From positions 61,619-125,618 of the forward strand of contig CAVSSX010000010.1 of NCBI GenBank assembly GCA_963730735.1: a DNA stretch of 64,000 nt, written 5' to 3'. Within the stretch, counting starts at the first letter, position 1, and every line of letters begins with the position of its first letter. Below the pieces are notes generated by a model. It ran no database searches and was not told the DNA's origin. It saw only the letters and a list, made by a program, of their open reading frames with translations. The translations under genes and the position numbers were made by a program. Source of the stretch: an uncultured Acidimicrobiaceae bacterium (GTDB lineage: Bacteria; Actinomycetota; Acidimicrobiia; Acidimicrobiales; RAAP-2). Shown here in pieces: positions 36,403-45,487 of this stretch.

Positions 36403-37347
36403 TCAACCGGGGCGGAGCCCCCACGTCGCCTCCCAGGCCTGGTTCGGCTCGAGCACGACCAGATCGTCACCCGAACGGAAGGCGTCGGGCGGGCACGTCA
36501 TCGGCTCGATGGCCACCGCCGCCCGCTTGCGGTCGGGGTCGCCGATGGTGTCGCCCGTGTAACACATGAGGTACGAGAAGCGATCGTCGACCCACAGCTC
36601 GAGGCTCCGGTCGTCGATCGGGTTGCGCAGCGACGCCCGGGCCAGGCCGTCGCCGTCGCGACGGAGCCCGGTGAAGGCGGTGTCCATCTGGCTGTGTCCG
36701 ATGGAGCGGCTGCGCAGATAGTCGAACTCGGAGCCGGCCACGTCCACGACCTCACCCGTCGGCAGGCCCCGCTCGTCGAGCACCAGCCGCTGGGTGGCCG
36801 GCAGGTGGAGGATCGACGAGTCGACCCGGTCGGTGCCGACGGTGAGGTACGGGTGGAAGCCGAGGCCGAAGGGCAGCGTCAGGTGGCCGGGGTTGCTGGC
36901 CGTGGTGGTCACCGACAAGCCTTCGCGGCCGAGCCGGTACTCCACTCGAAGGTCGAGGAGGAACGGGTAGGCCGGCATCGGATGGATCCGGTAGGTCAGG
37001 ACGACCACGTTCTGGGCGTGAGCCTCGACGTCCCAGGGCGACCAGCGGACCAACCCGTGGATGGCGTTGGACTTCTCGACCTCGTTCAGGGGCGCCGCGC
37101 CGGCGACCCCGGCGAACTCGTAGGTCCCGTCACCCAGCCGGTTGGGCCACGGCGCCAGCACCTGACCGCGTCCGCTGTGTGACCATTCGTCCGCCCCGAA
37201 GCCGTCGATCACCGGTTGGCCACTCACCGTGTAGGACCGCAGCGTGGCACCCACCTCGGCCACCACCACCTGCTGGCGCCCGTGTCCGATCATCCACTGC
37301 TTGCCGGTGGGAGAACTGGGACCGTCGAGGTCGTGGCGGAGCGGCAT
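36403..37347 (-). CDS. Aldose 1-epimerase (galactose mutarotase-like) family protein
   Basis: ATG at 37347. WPNRLGDGTYEF, NAIHGLVRW, GFHPYL and IEPMTC are typical segments. The upstream part of the 549-aa track ORF is antisense to surE. Confidence 0.85.
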   Translation of the reverse strand: MPLRHDLDGPSSPTGKQWMIGHGRQQVVVAEVGATLRSYTVSGQPVIDGFGADEWSHSGRGQVLAPWPNRLGDGTYEFAGVAGAAPLNEVEKSNAIHGLVRWSPWDVEAHAQNVVVLTYRIHPMPAYPFLLDLRVEYRLGREGLSVTTTASNPGHLTLPFGLGFHPYLTVGTDRVDSSILHLPATQRLVLDERGLPTGEVVDVAGSEFDYLRSRSIGHSQMDTAFTGLRRDGDGLARASLRNPIDDRSLELWVDDRFSYLMCYTGDTIGDPDRKRAAVAIEPMTCPPDAFRSGDDLVVLEPNQAWEATWGLRPG

Positions 37348-37395
37348 GTGGTCACCAGTCTGGGAGGGGTCCGGTCGGCGGTATCGTACTGGCGC

Positions 37396-38262
37396 GTGCG
37401 GATCCTGGTGACCAATGACGACGGGGTCCATGCGCCGGGCTTGGCGGCGATCGCCCGGGCCCTGGCCACCTGGTCGGCGGCGGCCTCCGACGGTGAGGAA
37501 CGCGATGTCGTGGTGGTGGCCCCGCTGATCAATTTCAGCGGGGCGAGCGCCGCCGTCGGCACGGTCTACGAGCGCGACGCCATCGACTACCGACGGGTGG
37601 TCATCGAAGGGGCCGAGGCGCTCCCGACCTTCGGCATCGACGGATCGCCCGCCTTGTCCACCATCGTCGGCATCCTCGGCGGCTTCGGCCCGACGCCCGA
37701 CCTCGTCGTCTCCGGCGTGAACCTCGGGATCAACGTCGGCCGCTCGGTGCTGCACTCGGGCACCGTCGGCGCCGCGCTGACGGCGTCGCAGATGGGCGTG
37801 CGCGGCCTCGCCCTCTCGATCCGATCCATCAAGGGCCCCATCCCCTGGACGACGGCCACCACCTGTGCCGTCCAGCTGTTGCCCACGATGGCCGCCGCCC
37901 CGCCGGGCACGGTGTTGAACCTCAACGTCCCGGCGGTGGAGCTCGACGAGCTGCGCGGTGTGCGGCGCGGCCGGGTGAGCCGCATCGGTCTGATCAAGGC
38001 GGCGACGACCGAGGGCGGTCCCTTCACCCGACCCGACGTCGCGCCGGGCCACGAGGGGAAGGTGGCGCTGGTCCTCGGGGCCGCCGTGCCGGAGCTCGGC
38101 GCGGTCGACGACGGTGACCCGAGTGACGACGCCGCCTTGGTCGCCGAGGGCTACGCGTCACTGACGCCACTGGTCAGCGTGCGGGCCGATGAGCGCCCCG
38201 ACACCGAAGAAATCGTGCAACGGGCGCTTACCTCGCTGCAGCCCCTCTTGACCCCCCGCTGA
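37396..38262 (+). CDS. surE: 5'/3'-nucleotidase SurE
   Basis: GTG start, then RILVTNDDGVHAPGL (the SurE signature), SGVNLGINVG and HSGTVGAAL. Confidence 0.9.
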   Translation: MRILVTNDDGVHAPGLAAIARALATWSAAASDGEERDVVVVAPLINFSGASAAVGTVYERDAIDYRRVVIEGAEALPTFGIDGSPALSTIVGILGGFGPTPDLVVSGVNLGINVGRSVLHSGTVGAALTASQMGVRGLALSIRSIKGPIPWTTATTCAVQLLPTMAAAPPGTVLNLNVPAVELDELRGVRRGRVSRIGLIKAATTEGGPFTRPDVAPGHEGKVALVLGAAVPELGAVDDGDPSDDAALVAEGYASLTPLVSVRADERPDTEEIVQRALTSLQPLLTPR

Positions 38263-38729
38263 CCTCGGCCCACGCGTCGAGCCGACCGTCGGCGTCGCCA
38301 TTCGGCGGTCCGCCGACGGCGCGACCCGTTGCTCACCCACAGTGGGTGGGGTACGTTGCGCCCACTCGTTCAACCAACGGTGAGCGAGCCACCACACAGC
38401 GCGGAGGCTGTGAGCGGGGCGAAGTAGCGCTTCCCGGTGGCTCTTCCCGCTGCCGCTCCATTCCACTTCGGCCCACCGGGCCCTAGCGGCTGACGATCGC
38501 GGCGGCGCCCGACCGACCCACGACCCCTGGCTCTTCCTCCGCGCGCCAACACGGAGGCATCAGCACCGACATCCAGGGTCTTCCCGTCTGCACCTCGTAG
38601 GGACCTACGTGAGTCCAGGGCCGCCCGTCCTTCCGACGCCGGCTTGCGAGATGAATGCACCAAGGACGGCTGCCCGCATTCCATGCCCACCGAGCCTCCG
38701 GGCTCGTCCTCACGAAGAGGAGGCGCAAA

Positions 38730-39547
38730 ATGCGCAAGCACCGATTGTTTGGCTTCACCATCGCTCTCCTGGTCGTGGTCGGCGTGTCGCTCCCCCCGTC
38801 GACCGTCGCCAATGCCTCGAACACCCCGTCGACCGGCGGCGTCGACCGCACAGCCGAGCGGGCCGGCCCCGACGGCGAAGCTCCTCGTCGACTCGAACGT
38901 GACGACCACCGACACCCCGTCGAACGCCGACGGCATCGCCGCCGACTACCGGATCGCACCGACCACGACGATCCCGGTGGCCGCACCCGCCGACGACCTC
39001 TCGACGATCCCCGGGCGTGGCACCGGTCAACCTGCCGGCCACCGTCTTCCCCCAACAGCGCGCCTACTTCGGCGACCTGGCCGTCCAACAACAGACCCAG
39101 ATCGACGCCGCCCTCGTCTCCATCACCTACCTGCGCTCGCTGGCCGCCGCCCAAGCGGCCCAGGCGGCGGCAGCCCAAGCGGCGGCGGCCCACGCCGCGG
39201 CCTCGGCGGCCCAAGCGGCGGCGGCGGCGTTCGCCGGCGCGCAACACGCCGCCATCCCGGCAGCCACACCGACGCCGACGGCACCGGCGGCGTCCACGGG
39301 CGCGGCACCGGCCGGGGGTGCGTGGGCCGAACTCCGTCAGTGCGAGTCGGGCGGCAACTACGCCGAGAACACCGGCAACGGGTACTACGGCGCCTACCAG
39401 TTCGCGCTGGCCACCTGGAACGGACTCGGGTTCTCGGGACTCCCCAGCCAGGCCTCCCCGGCCACCCAGGACGCGGCGGCGGCCGAGCTCCAGGCGCGCA
39501 GCGGCTGGGGCCAGTGGCCGGCGTGCTCCCGCAAGCTCGGACTCTGA
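38730..39547 (+). pseudogene. Secreted resuscitation-promoting-factor (Rpf, transglycosylase-like) protein; two frame breaks
   Basis: A strong RBS (GAGGAGG) precedes the signal peptide MRKHRLFGFTIALLVVVGVSLPPSTVANA in frame 0. The middle part (PTAKLLVDSNVTTTDTPSNADGIAADYRIAPTTTIPVAAPADDLSTIP) is in frame 1. The Ala/Gln-rich linker and Rpf domain (WAELRQCESGGNYAENTGNGYYGAYQFALATWNGLG) are in frame 2. The junctions coincide with a CCCC run at 38867-38870 and CCCCGGG at 39009-39015. Confidence 0.8.
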
Positions 39548-39599
39548 GCCGACCCGGGTCGCACCCATACACCAGTAAACGAACGGGTTCTGCGCGGCG

Positions 39600-40037
39600 T
39601 CAGTCGTCGTGGTCGCGACCCGGTCGTCGCAGCCGCTTGACGTCGGACCGCTGACGCTTGCTCTCGAGCCGTCGCTCCTTCGAGCCCCGCGACGGTCGGG
39701 TCGGTCGTCGCGGGGCATCGACCCGGAGCCCGTCGGCGATGCGCTCGGCCAGGCGGGTGAGGGCCAGCTGGCGGTTGCGGGCCTGGGAGCGGTCGTCGGT
39801 GGCGCTCGCCCGGACCACCGTCCCGAGTCGCTCGATCAAACGGGCCCGCTGACGGGGCCCGAGCACCGACGAGCGCTCGACGTCGAACCACACCTCGACC
39901 CGGCTGGCCGTCCGGTTGGCGTGCTGGCCGCCCGGGCCGCCGGACGTCACGGCCCGCCAGCCGATCTCGTCCAGGGGGATGGCCAGCGAACGGGTCACCC
40001 GCAGCACACCGTCCTCGACGCCACGTCCTTCGGCCAC
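39600..40037 (-). CDS. arfB: Alternative ribosome-rescue factor ArfB (peptidyl-tRNA hydrolase, RF-1 domain)
   Basis: SGGPGGQHANRTASRVE (GGQ motif) plus a basic C-terminal tail. 145 aa. Confidence 0.9.
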   Translation of the reverse strand: MAEGRGVEDGVLRVTRSLAIPLDEIGWRAVTSGGPGGQHANRTASRVEVWFDVERSSVLGPRQRARLIERLGTVVRASATDDRSQARNRQLALTRLAERIADGLRVDAPRRPTRPSRGSKERRLESKRQRSDVKRLRRPGRDHDD

Positions 40038-40113
40038 GGCGCGAGCGTAGGCACCGTCACGCCGGGGCGTGGTGACCGACCCCGCCCGGTGACCCCTCCA
40101 CTACGCTCCGGCG

Positions 40114-41115
40114 ATGGACTACCGACACCTCGGCAACAGCGGCATGATGGTCTCGGCCATCTCCTACGGCAACTGGATCACCCACGGCGGCCAGATCGGC
40201 GAGGACGCCGCTGTCGCTTGTGTGCACGCCGCCCTCGACGTCGGCATCACCACCTTCGACACCGCCGACGCCTACAACGTGGGTCGGGCCGAGGAGGTGC
40301 TCGGTCGGGCGCTCGCCGGTCAGAAGCACCAGGGCATCGAGATCTTCACCAAGGTCTACTGGCCGACCGGCCCCAACCCCAACGACCGGGGACTGTCGCG
40401 CAAGCACATCATCGACTCCTGCAACGCCTCGCTCCGCCGACTGCAGACCGAGACGATCGACCTCTACCAGGCGCACCGCTTCGACGTGGAGACGCCGCTC
40501 GAGGAGACGCTGCAGGCCTTCGACGACCTCGTGCGTCAAGGCAAGGTCCACTACATCGGGGTCTCGGAGTGGTCGGCCAGCGAGATCGCCGAGGCCCTGC
40601 GCATCGCCGACGAGCTGGGGCTCGACCGGATCATCTCCAACCAGCCCCAGTACTCCCTCCTGTGGCGGGTGATCGAGGAGGAGATCGTCCCTTTGTCCGA
40701 GCGGGAGGGCATCGGCCAGATCGTGTGGTCGCCGTTGGCCCAGGGCGTGCTGACCGGCAAGTACCTCCCCGGCTCCCCGCCGCCCGAGGGCTCCCGGGCC
40801 ACCGACGAGTCGGGGGGCTCCCGGTTCATCAACCGGATGCTCACCGACGAGGTCCTCGAGCCGGTGGCCAGGTTCGCCGAGCTGTCACGCGACGCCGGCT
40901 ACACGCCGGCCGAGGTGGCGCTGGCCTGGGTGCTGCGCAATCCCAACGTGGCCTCGGCCATCGTCGGCGCCACTCGGCCCGAGCAGGTGCTCGAGAACGT
41001 GAAGGCCATCGACGTGACGCTCGACGACGACCTGGTGGCGGCCATCGATGCCGCCCTCGAGCCGGCCATCCAGCGCGACCCCTCCCTGACCGTCAGCCCG
41101 TCGGCCCGCCCCTGA
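40114..41115 (+). CDS. Aldo/keto reductase
   Basis: MDYRHLGNSGMMVSAISYGNW, TFDTADAY, YQAHRFD, IGVSEW and SPLAQGVLTGKY. Confidence 0.9.
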   Translation: MDYRHLGNSGMMVSAISYGNWITHGGQIGEDAAVACVHAALDVGITTFDTADAYNVGRAEEVLGRALAGQKHQGIEIFTKVYWPTGPNPNDRGLSRKHIIDSCNASLRRLQTETIDLYQAHRFDVETPLEETLQAFDDLVRQGKVHYIGVSEWSASEIAEALRIADELGLDRIISNQPQYSLLWRVIEEEIVPLSEREGIGQIVWSPLAQGVLTGKYLPGSPPPEGSRATDESGGSRFINRMLTDEVLEPVARFAELSRDAGYTPAEVALAWVLRNPNVASAIVGATRPEQVLENVKAIDVTLDDDLVAAIDAALEPAIQRDPSLTVSPSARP

Positions 41116-41163
41116 TCGGGCACCGGGCACCCGGCCCGGACCCCGCCGCCACCGTCCCGTCAC

Positions 41164-41180
41164 ATACCCCCTAGGGGTAT
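41164..41180. promoter_or_regulatory. CsoR-type operator overlapping a -10-like element
   Basis: Perfect inverted repeat ATACCCC-CTA-GGGGTAT, 28 nt upstream of csoR. TATACT (41178-41183) overlaps its right arm. GC-rich TACCC...GGGTA pseudo-palindromes are the known CsoR operator type. Confidence 0.65.
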
Positions 41181-41207
41181 ACTCCGGCGAGGACGAGGAG
41201 GGCGCGC

Positions 41208-41492
41208 ATGCCGGTCGGGTACGGGGAGCACAAGGACCAGGTCCAGGCCAAGCTCCGGCGGATCGAGGGTCAGGTCCGGGGCCTCCAACGGATGGTCGAC
41301 GAGGACACCTACTGCATCGACATCCTGAACCAGGTGGCCGCGGCCACCCGGGCCCTCCAGGGCGTGGCCGTGCAACTGCTCGGTGACCACCTGGCCCACT
41401 GCGTCCACGAGGCGGTCCTGGCCGGTGGCCCGGGGGCCGACGAGAAGATCGACGAGGCCAACCGGGCGATCGAACGCCTGGTCCGCTCCTAG
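41208..41492 (+). CDS. csoR: CsoR/RcnR-family metal-sensing repressor (copper-type ligand set)
   Basis: RRIEGQVRGLQRMVDEDTYCIDILNQV...LLGDHLAHCV carries the Cys...His...Cys pattern of Cu(I)-sensing CsoR. Confidence 0.85.
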   Translation: MPVGYGEHKDQVQAKLRRIEGQVRGLQRMVDEDTYCIDILNQVAAATRALQGVAVQLLGDHLAHCVHEAVLAGGPGADEKIDEANRAIERLVRS

Positions 41493-41500
41493 GCCGACCG

Positions 41501-42869
41501 GTGCACGCCCTCCTGGCGCTCACCCCCGGCGGCCTCCTGACCGACATCGGGCGCAGCCTGCGCGAGGGCCTCTACATGTTCTGGGAGACCCTCTGGGCCC
41601 TGGTGCTCGGCTTCGGGCTCTCGGGAGCGGTCCAAGCCTTCGTGTCGCGCCGGGAGCTGCAGGCCACGCTGGGCGACCACCGGCCGGCGGCCGTCCTCCG
41701 GGCCTCGGGGTTCGGCATGGTGTCGTCCTCGTGTTCCTACGCCGCTTCGGCCCTGGCCAAGTCCCTCTTCCAGAAGGGGGCCGACTTCGTGGCCGCCATG
41801 ATCTTCATGTTCGCCTCGACCAACCTGGTGGTCGAGCTCGGCATCATCCTGGTCGTGCTGATCGGCTGGCAATTCGCCGTCGGCGAGTTCGTGGGCGGGG
41901 CCATCATGATCGGGTTGCTGGCCCTGGTCGGTCCGATCGCCTTCGCCCCCCGCCTGGTCGAGGCGGCCCGTCGCCGGGTGCAGCGTGAGGCGGCGACGGT
42001 CACCGGCGCCCACGACCACCACGGTCCGGCCGAGCACCACCACCACGAGCCGTCGGGCGACGAGGGGCCGATCGGGCCACGACGCCGGGACGGCCGAGGA
42101 CCCCGACACCGAGCCCTGGTCGCTCCGACTGCGCTCCCGGGCGGGATGGACCGACGCCGCCAGCTACACCATGGCCGACCTCACCATGCTCCGGCGGGAG
42201 ATGGTCATCGGCTACGTGGTGGCCGGCTTCCTGGCCACCCTGGTCCCCGACCACGTCTGGCACGCCGTCTTCTGGCAGGGCCACGGGTTCTGGACCACCC
42301 TCGAGAACGTCATCGTCGGCCCGTTCATCGCCCTCATCAGCTTCGTCTGCTCGATCGGCAACGTGCCGCTGGCCGCCGCCCTGTGGGTCGGCGGCATCAG
42401 CTTCGGCGGGGTGATCAGCTTCATCTTCGCCGACCTCATCGCCCTGCCCATCCTGCTGATCTACCGCAAGCTCTACGGCGGCCGGATGGCCCTGCGGATG
42501 CTCGCCACCTTCTGGATCATCATGTCCCTGGCCGGGCTGGCCACCGAGCTCCTGTTCCGGGCCATCGGCATCATCCCGACCACCCGGCACTCGACGATCA
42601 CCGACGAGCACTTCTCCTGGAACTACACCACGTGGCTCAACATCGTGTTCCTCCTCGTCTTCGGCCTCCTCTACTGGCTCTACCGACACCGAGACCAGTT
42701 CGGGAGCGAGGGTCGCTACGCCATCGACCCGGTGTGCGGCATGCAGGTGGAGGTCGCCCACGCGCCGGCCACGATGCGCCAGGACGGGGTCGACCTCTAC
42801 TTCTGCTCCGACCACTGCCTCGGCCAGTTCCGCGCCCAACCGGGTCCCCGCGTCAGACTGGAGCAATGA
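41501..42869 (+). pseudogene. Permease (DUF318/ArsP-like) with C-terminal YHS metal-binding domain; frame broken at ~42064-42076
   Basis: The N-terminal half (…GFGMVSSSCSYAASALAKSLFQKGADFVAAMIFMFASTNL…HDHHGPAEHHHHEPSGDEGPIG) is in frame 2. The second half (HDAGTAEDPDTEPWSLRL…FIALISFVCSIGNVPLAAALW… plus YHS: YAIDPVCGMQVEVAHAPATMRQDGVDLYFCSDHCLGQF) is in frame 0. The junction lies at GGGG/GGG runs. Confidence 0.8.
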
Positions 42870-43222
42870 CCGCCGACGCCCTCGAGCAGATCCGGCGCTC
42901 GTGCCTCGGCCTGCCCGAGGTCACCGAGCGGCTCAGCCACGGCTCGCCGGCGTTCTTCGCCCGCAACAAGCGGTCCTTCGTCATGTTCTGGGACAACCAC
43001 CACGGTGACGGGCGCCTGGCCGTGTGGTGCGCCGCCCCCCACGGCGCCCAGGCGGCGCTGCTCGACGAGGACCCCGAGGTCTACTTCCGACCGCCCTACG
43101 TGGGCGCCCGGGGCTGGATCGGCGTGCGCCTCGACCGCGGCGTGCCGTGGGAGGAGATCGACGTCCTGATCGAGCAGGCCTACCAGACCGTGGCCCCCCG
43201 AGTCCGCCCGGCCCGGCCCTAG
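42866..43222 (+). CDS. MmcQ/YjbR-family protein
   Basis: The ATG overlaps the upstream TGA (ATGA). LGLPEVTERLSHGSPAFFARNKRSFVMFWDNHHGDGRLAVW is typical. Confidence 0.8.
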   Translation: MTADALEQIRRSCLGLPEVTERLSHGSPAFFARNKRSFVMFWDNHHGDGRLAVWCAAPHGAQAALLDEDPEVYFRPPYVGARGWIGVRLDRGVPWEEIDVLIEQAYQTVAPRVRPARP

Positions 43223-43654
43223 GTGGCCGGCACCCCCGAGGTCCGCCGTCGCCAGCGGGTGGCGGTGTACGGCATCTGCGAGGACGACGAGGGCCAGGTC
43301 CTCTTGACCCGGGCGGCGCCGTCGCTCACCGTGCGAGGCCAGTGGTTCCTGCCGGGTGGTGGGATCGACCACGGCGAGGACCCGGTGGCCGCCCTGCGGC
43401 GCGAGTTCGTCGAGGAGACCGGGCTGCACGTCGAGGTGGGCGAGCTGCGAGGCGTGCTCTCCGACGTCACCGAGCTTCCCGGCCACCTCAGCCTGCACAC
43501 CATCCGTCTGATCTACGGCATCGTGTCGTTCTCGGGCACGCTGGCCGACGAGACCGACGGCTCGTCGGACGCCGCCCGGTGGGTGAGCCTGAAGGAGGTG
43601 TGGTCGTACCCGCTCCTCCCCTACGTCCGCCGCTCGCTGGAGGAGCTCCGCTGA
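43223..43654 (+). CDS. NUDIX hydrolase
   Basis: Nudix box GGGIDHGEDPVAALRREFVEETGL. The GTG follows directly after the upstream TAG. Confidence 0.85.
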   Translation: MAGTPEVRRRQRVAVYGICEDDEGQVLLTRAAPSLTVRGQWFLPGGGIDHGEDPVAALRREFVEETGLHVEVGELRGVLSDVTELPGHLSLHTIRLIYGIVSFSGTLADETDGSSDAARWVSLKEVWSYPLLPYVRRSLEELR

Positions 43655-43793
43655 TCGCCGGCCGGGCCCTTCGACACCGTCGCCTCACCGGCGCCCAGGC
43701 CCGGCACCCACGGCACTCGCCACCCCGTACGCTGGGGCCCGGACCCGAGCCCGGGGCCGGTGCGATCCGGCCTCGGCCAGGAAGGACGGCGAC

Positions 43794-45149
43794 GTGGCAG
43801 TGGCGGCAACGCAGCCCCACCGGGTAATCATCATCGGCTCGGGGTTCGGCGGCCTCTTCGCCGCCCGGGCCCTGCGGGGCGCCCCGGTGGACGTGACGGT
43901 CATCGACCGGATGAACCACCACCTGTTCCAACCGCTCCTCTACCAGGTGGCCACGGGCATCCTCTCGGAGGGCCAGATCGCCCCGGCCATCCGCGACATC
44001 CTCCGCTGGCACCGCAACACCCGGGTCCAGCTGGGCACGGTGACGGCCATCGACATCGAGGCCCGCACGGTGACCGCCACCCAGGGCGAGCGGGTCCTGG
44101 TCGACCGCTACGACAGCCTCATCGTGGCCGCCGGGGCCCAGCCGACCTACTTCGGCCATCCCGAGTTCAGCCAGTGGGCGTCGGGCATGAAGACCATCGA
44201 CGACGCCCTCGAGCTACGCGGCCAGATCTTCGGGGCCTTCGAGGTGGCCGAGACCGAGCCGGACCGTGACGCCCGGGCCGACTGGCTCACCTTCGCCATC
44301 GTGGGCGGTGGCCCGACCGGCGTCGAGCTGGCCGGGCAGATCGCCGAGCTGTCCCGTCGCTCGCTCGGCCGCAACTTCCGGTCGATCGACCCGGCCGACG
44401 CCCGGGTGCTCCTGTTCGAGGGCTCGACATCGGTCCTCGGCTCCTACGGCCCCCGGCTCTCGGCCGACGCCGCCGCCACCCTCGAGGGCCTCGGCGTCGA
44501 GATCCACACCGACACCATGGTGGTCGGGATGGACGAAGCGGGGCTGACCGTGAAGGCCGGCGACGGCACCACGACCACCTATCCGGCCCGGACCAAGATC
44601 TGGGCCGCCGGCGTGCAGGGGGTCCCGCTCGGGCGCATGGTGGCCGAGGCCACCGGGGCCGAGGTCGACAAGGCCGGCCGGGTCAAGGTCCGACCCGACT
44701 GCACCGTGCCCGGGCATCCCGAGATCTTCGTCATCGGCGACCTCATGGCCCTCGACGACCTCCCCGGGCTGGCCGAGGTGGCCATGCAGTCGGGGATCTT
44801 CGCCGCCCGGACGATCCGCCAGCGGGTCGCCGGCCGGCCGACCAAGCCGAAGTTCCGCTACATCGACCTGGGCACGGTGGCCGTGGTCTCGAGGTTCCGG
44901 GCCGTGGCCAAGCTCGGACGGTTCGGGGTCGGCGGGCACCTCGGCTGGCTGCTCTGGCTGGTCGTCCACCTCACGTTCCTCACCGGCTTCAAGAACCGGA
45001 TCAGCGCCCTGGCCCGCTGGGCCATCAGCTTCATCGGGACCGACCGCACCGAGCGCACCATCACCACGCAGCAGGTCATCGCCCGCCACATCCTCGAGAC
45101 CCACCGGGCGTCGACCGCCCTGCCCCCGGAGGCGCCGGGCCCGAAGTGA
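43794..45149 (+). CDS. ndh: Type II NADH:quinone oxidoreductase (NDH-2)
   Basis: HRVIIIGSGFGGLFAARAL, HHLFQPLLYQVATG, a second dinucleotide fold FAIVGGGPTGVELAG, and a C-terminal membrane-anchoring helix region. Confidence 0.9.
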   Translation: MAVAATQPHRVIIIGSGFGGLFAARALRGAPVDVTVIDRMNHHLFQPLLYQVATGILSEGQIAPAIRDILRWHRNTRVQLGTVTAIDIEARTVTATQGERVLVDRYDSLIVAAGAQPTYFGHPEFSQWASGMKTIDDALELRGQIFGAFEVAETEPDRDARADWLTFAIVGGGPTGVELAGQIAELSRRSLGRNFRSIDPADARVLLFEGSTSVLGSYGPRLSADAAATLEGLGVEIHTDTMVVGMDEAGLTVKAGDGTTTTYPARTKIWAAGVQGVPLGRMVAEATGAEVDKAGRVKVRPDCTVPGHPEIFVIGDLMALDDLPGLAEVAMQSGIFAARTIRQRVAGRPTKPKFRYIDLGTVAVVSRFRAVAKLGRFGVGGHLGWLLWLVVHLTFLTGFKNRISALARWAISFIGTDRTERTITTQQVIARHILETHRASTALPPEAPGPK

Positions 45150-45163
45150 GCCCGGTCGGCGGC

Positions 45164-45460
45164 TCAGCCGTCGACGAGGTCCGTGTACTCGGGGTGCTCC
45201 TCGATGTAGCTCTCGATGAACGGGCAGCTGGGGACGACCCGGAGACCCCGGCCCCGCACGTCGTCGAGGGCCCACCGGGCCAGGCGGCTCCCGATCCCCC
45301 GGCCGCCGTAGGCGGGGTCGACCTCGGCGTGGACGATGGCCCGGCGTCCCGGCAGGTCCCGGTAGCTGGCGAACCCGACCCGGTGGCCGTCCAACGACAC
45401 CTCGTAGCGCGACCGTTCGGCATTGTCGACCACGGTGACCGTGTCCTGGTCCTCACTCAC
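45164..45460 (-). CDS. GNAT-family N-acetyltransferase (small YjdJ-like type)
   Basis: 98 aa. RSRYEVSLDGHRVGFASYR...HAEVDPAYGGRGIGSRLARWALDDVRGRGLRVVPSCPFI. Confidence 0.85.
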   Translation of the reverse strand: MSEDQDTVTVVDNAERSRYEVSLDGHRVGFASYRDLPGRRAIVHAEVDPAYGGRGIGSRLARWALDDVRGRGLRVVPSCPFIESYIEEHPEYTDLVDG

Positions 45461-45487
45461 TGCTGCGTCCCTTCCCGTCGAGGTGGC

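Noticed and set aside
38370-38936. The 188-aa ORF on the minus strand that overlaps the rpf leader and signal-peptide region.
   Set aside because: Its composition is Gly/Arg/Ala-rich and its GC3 is poor. It is antisense to the strongly supported rpf start (GAGGAGG-ATG plus signal peptide).
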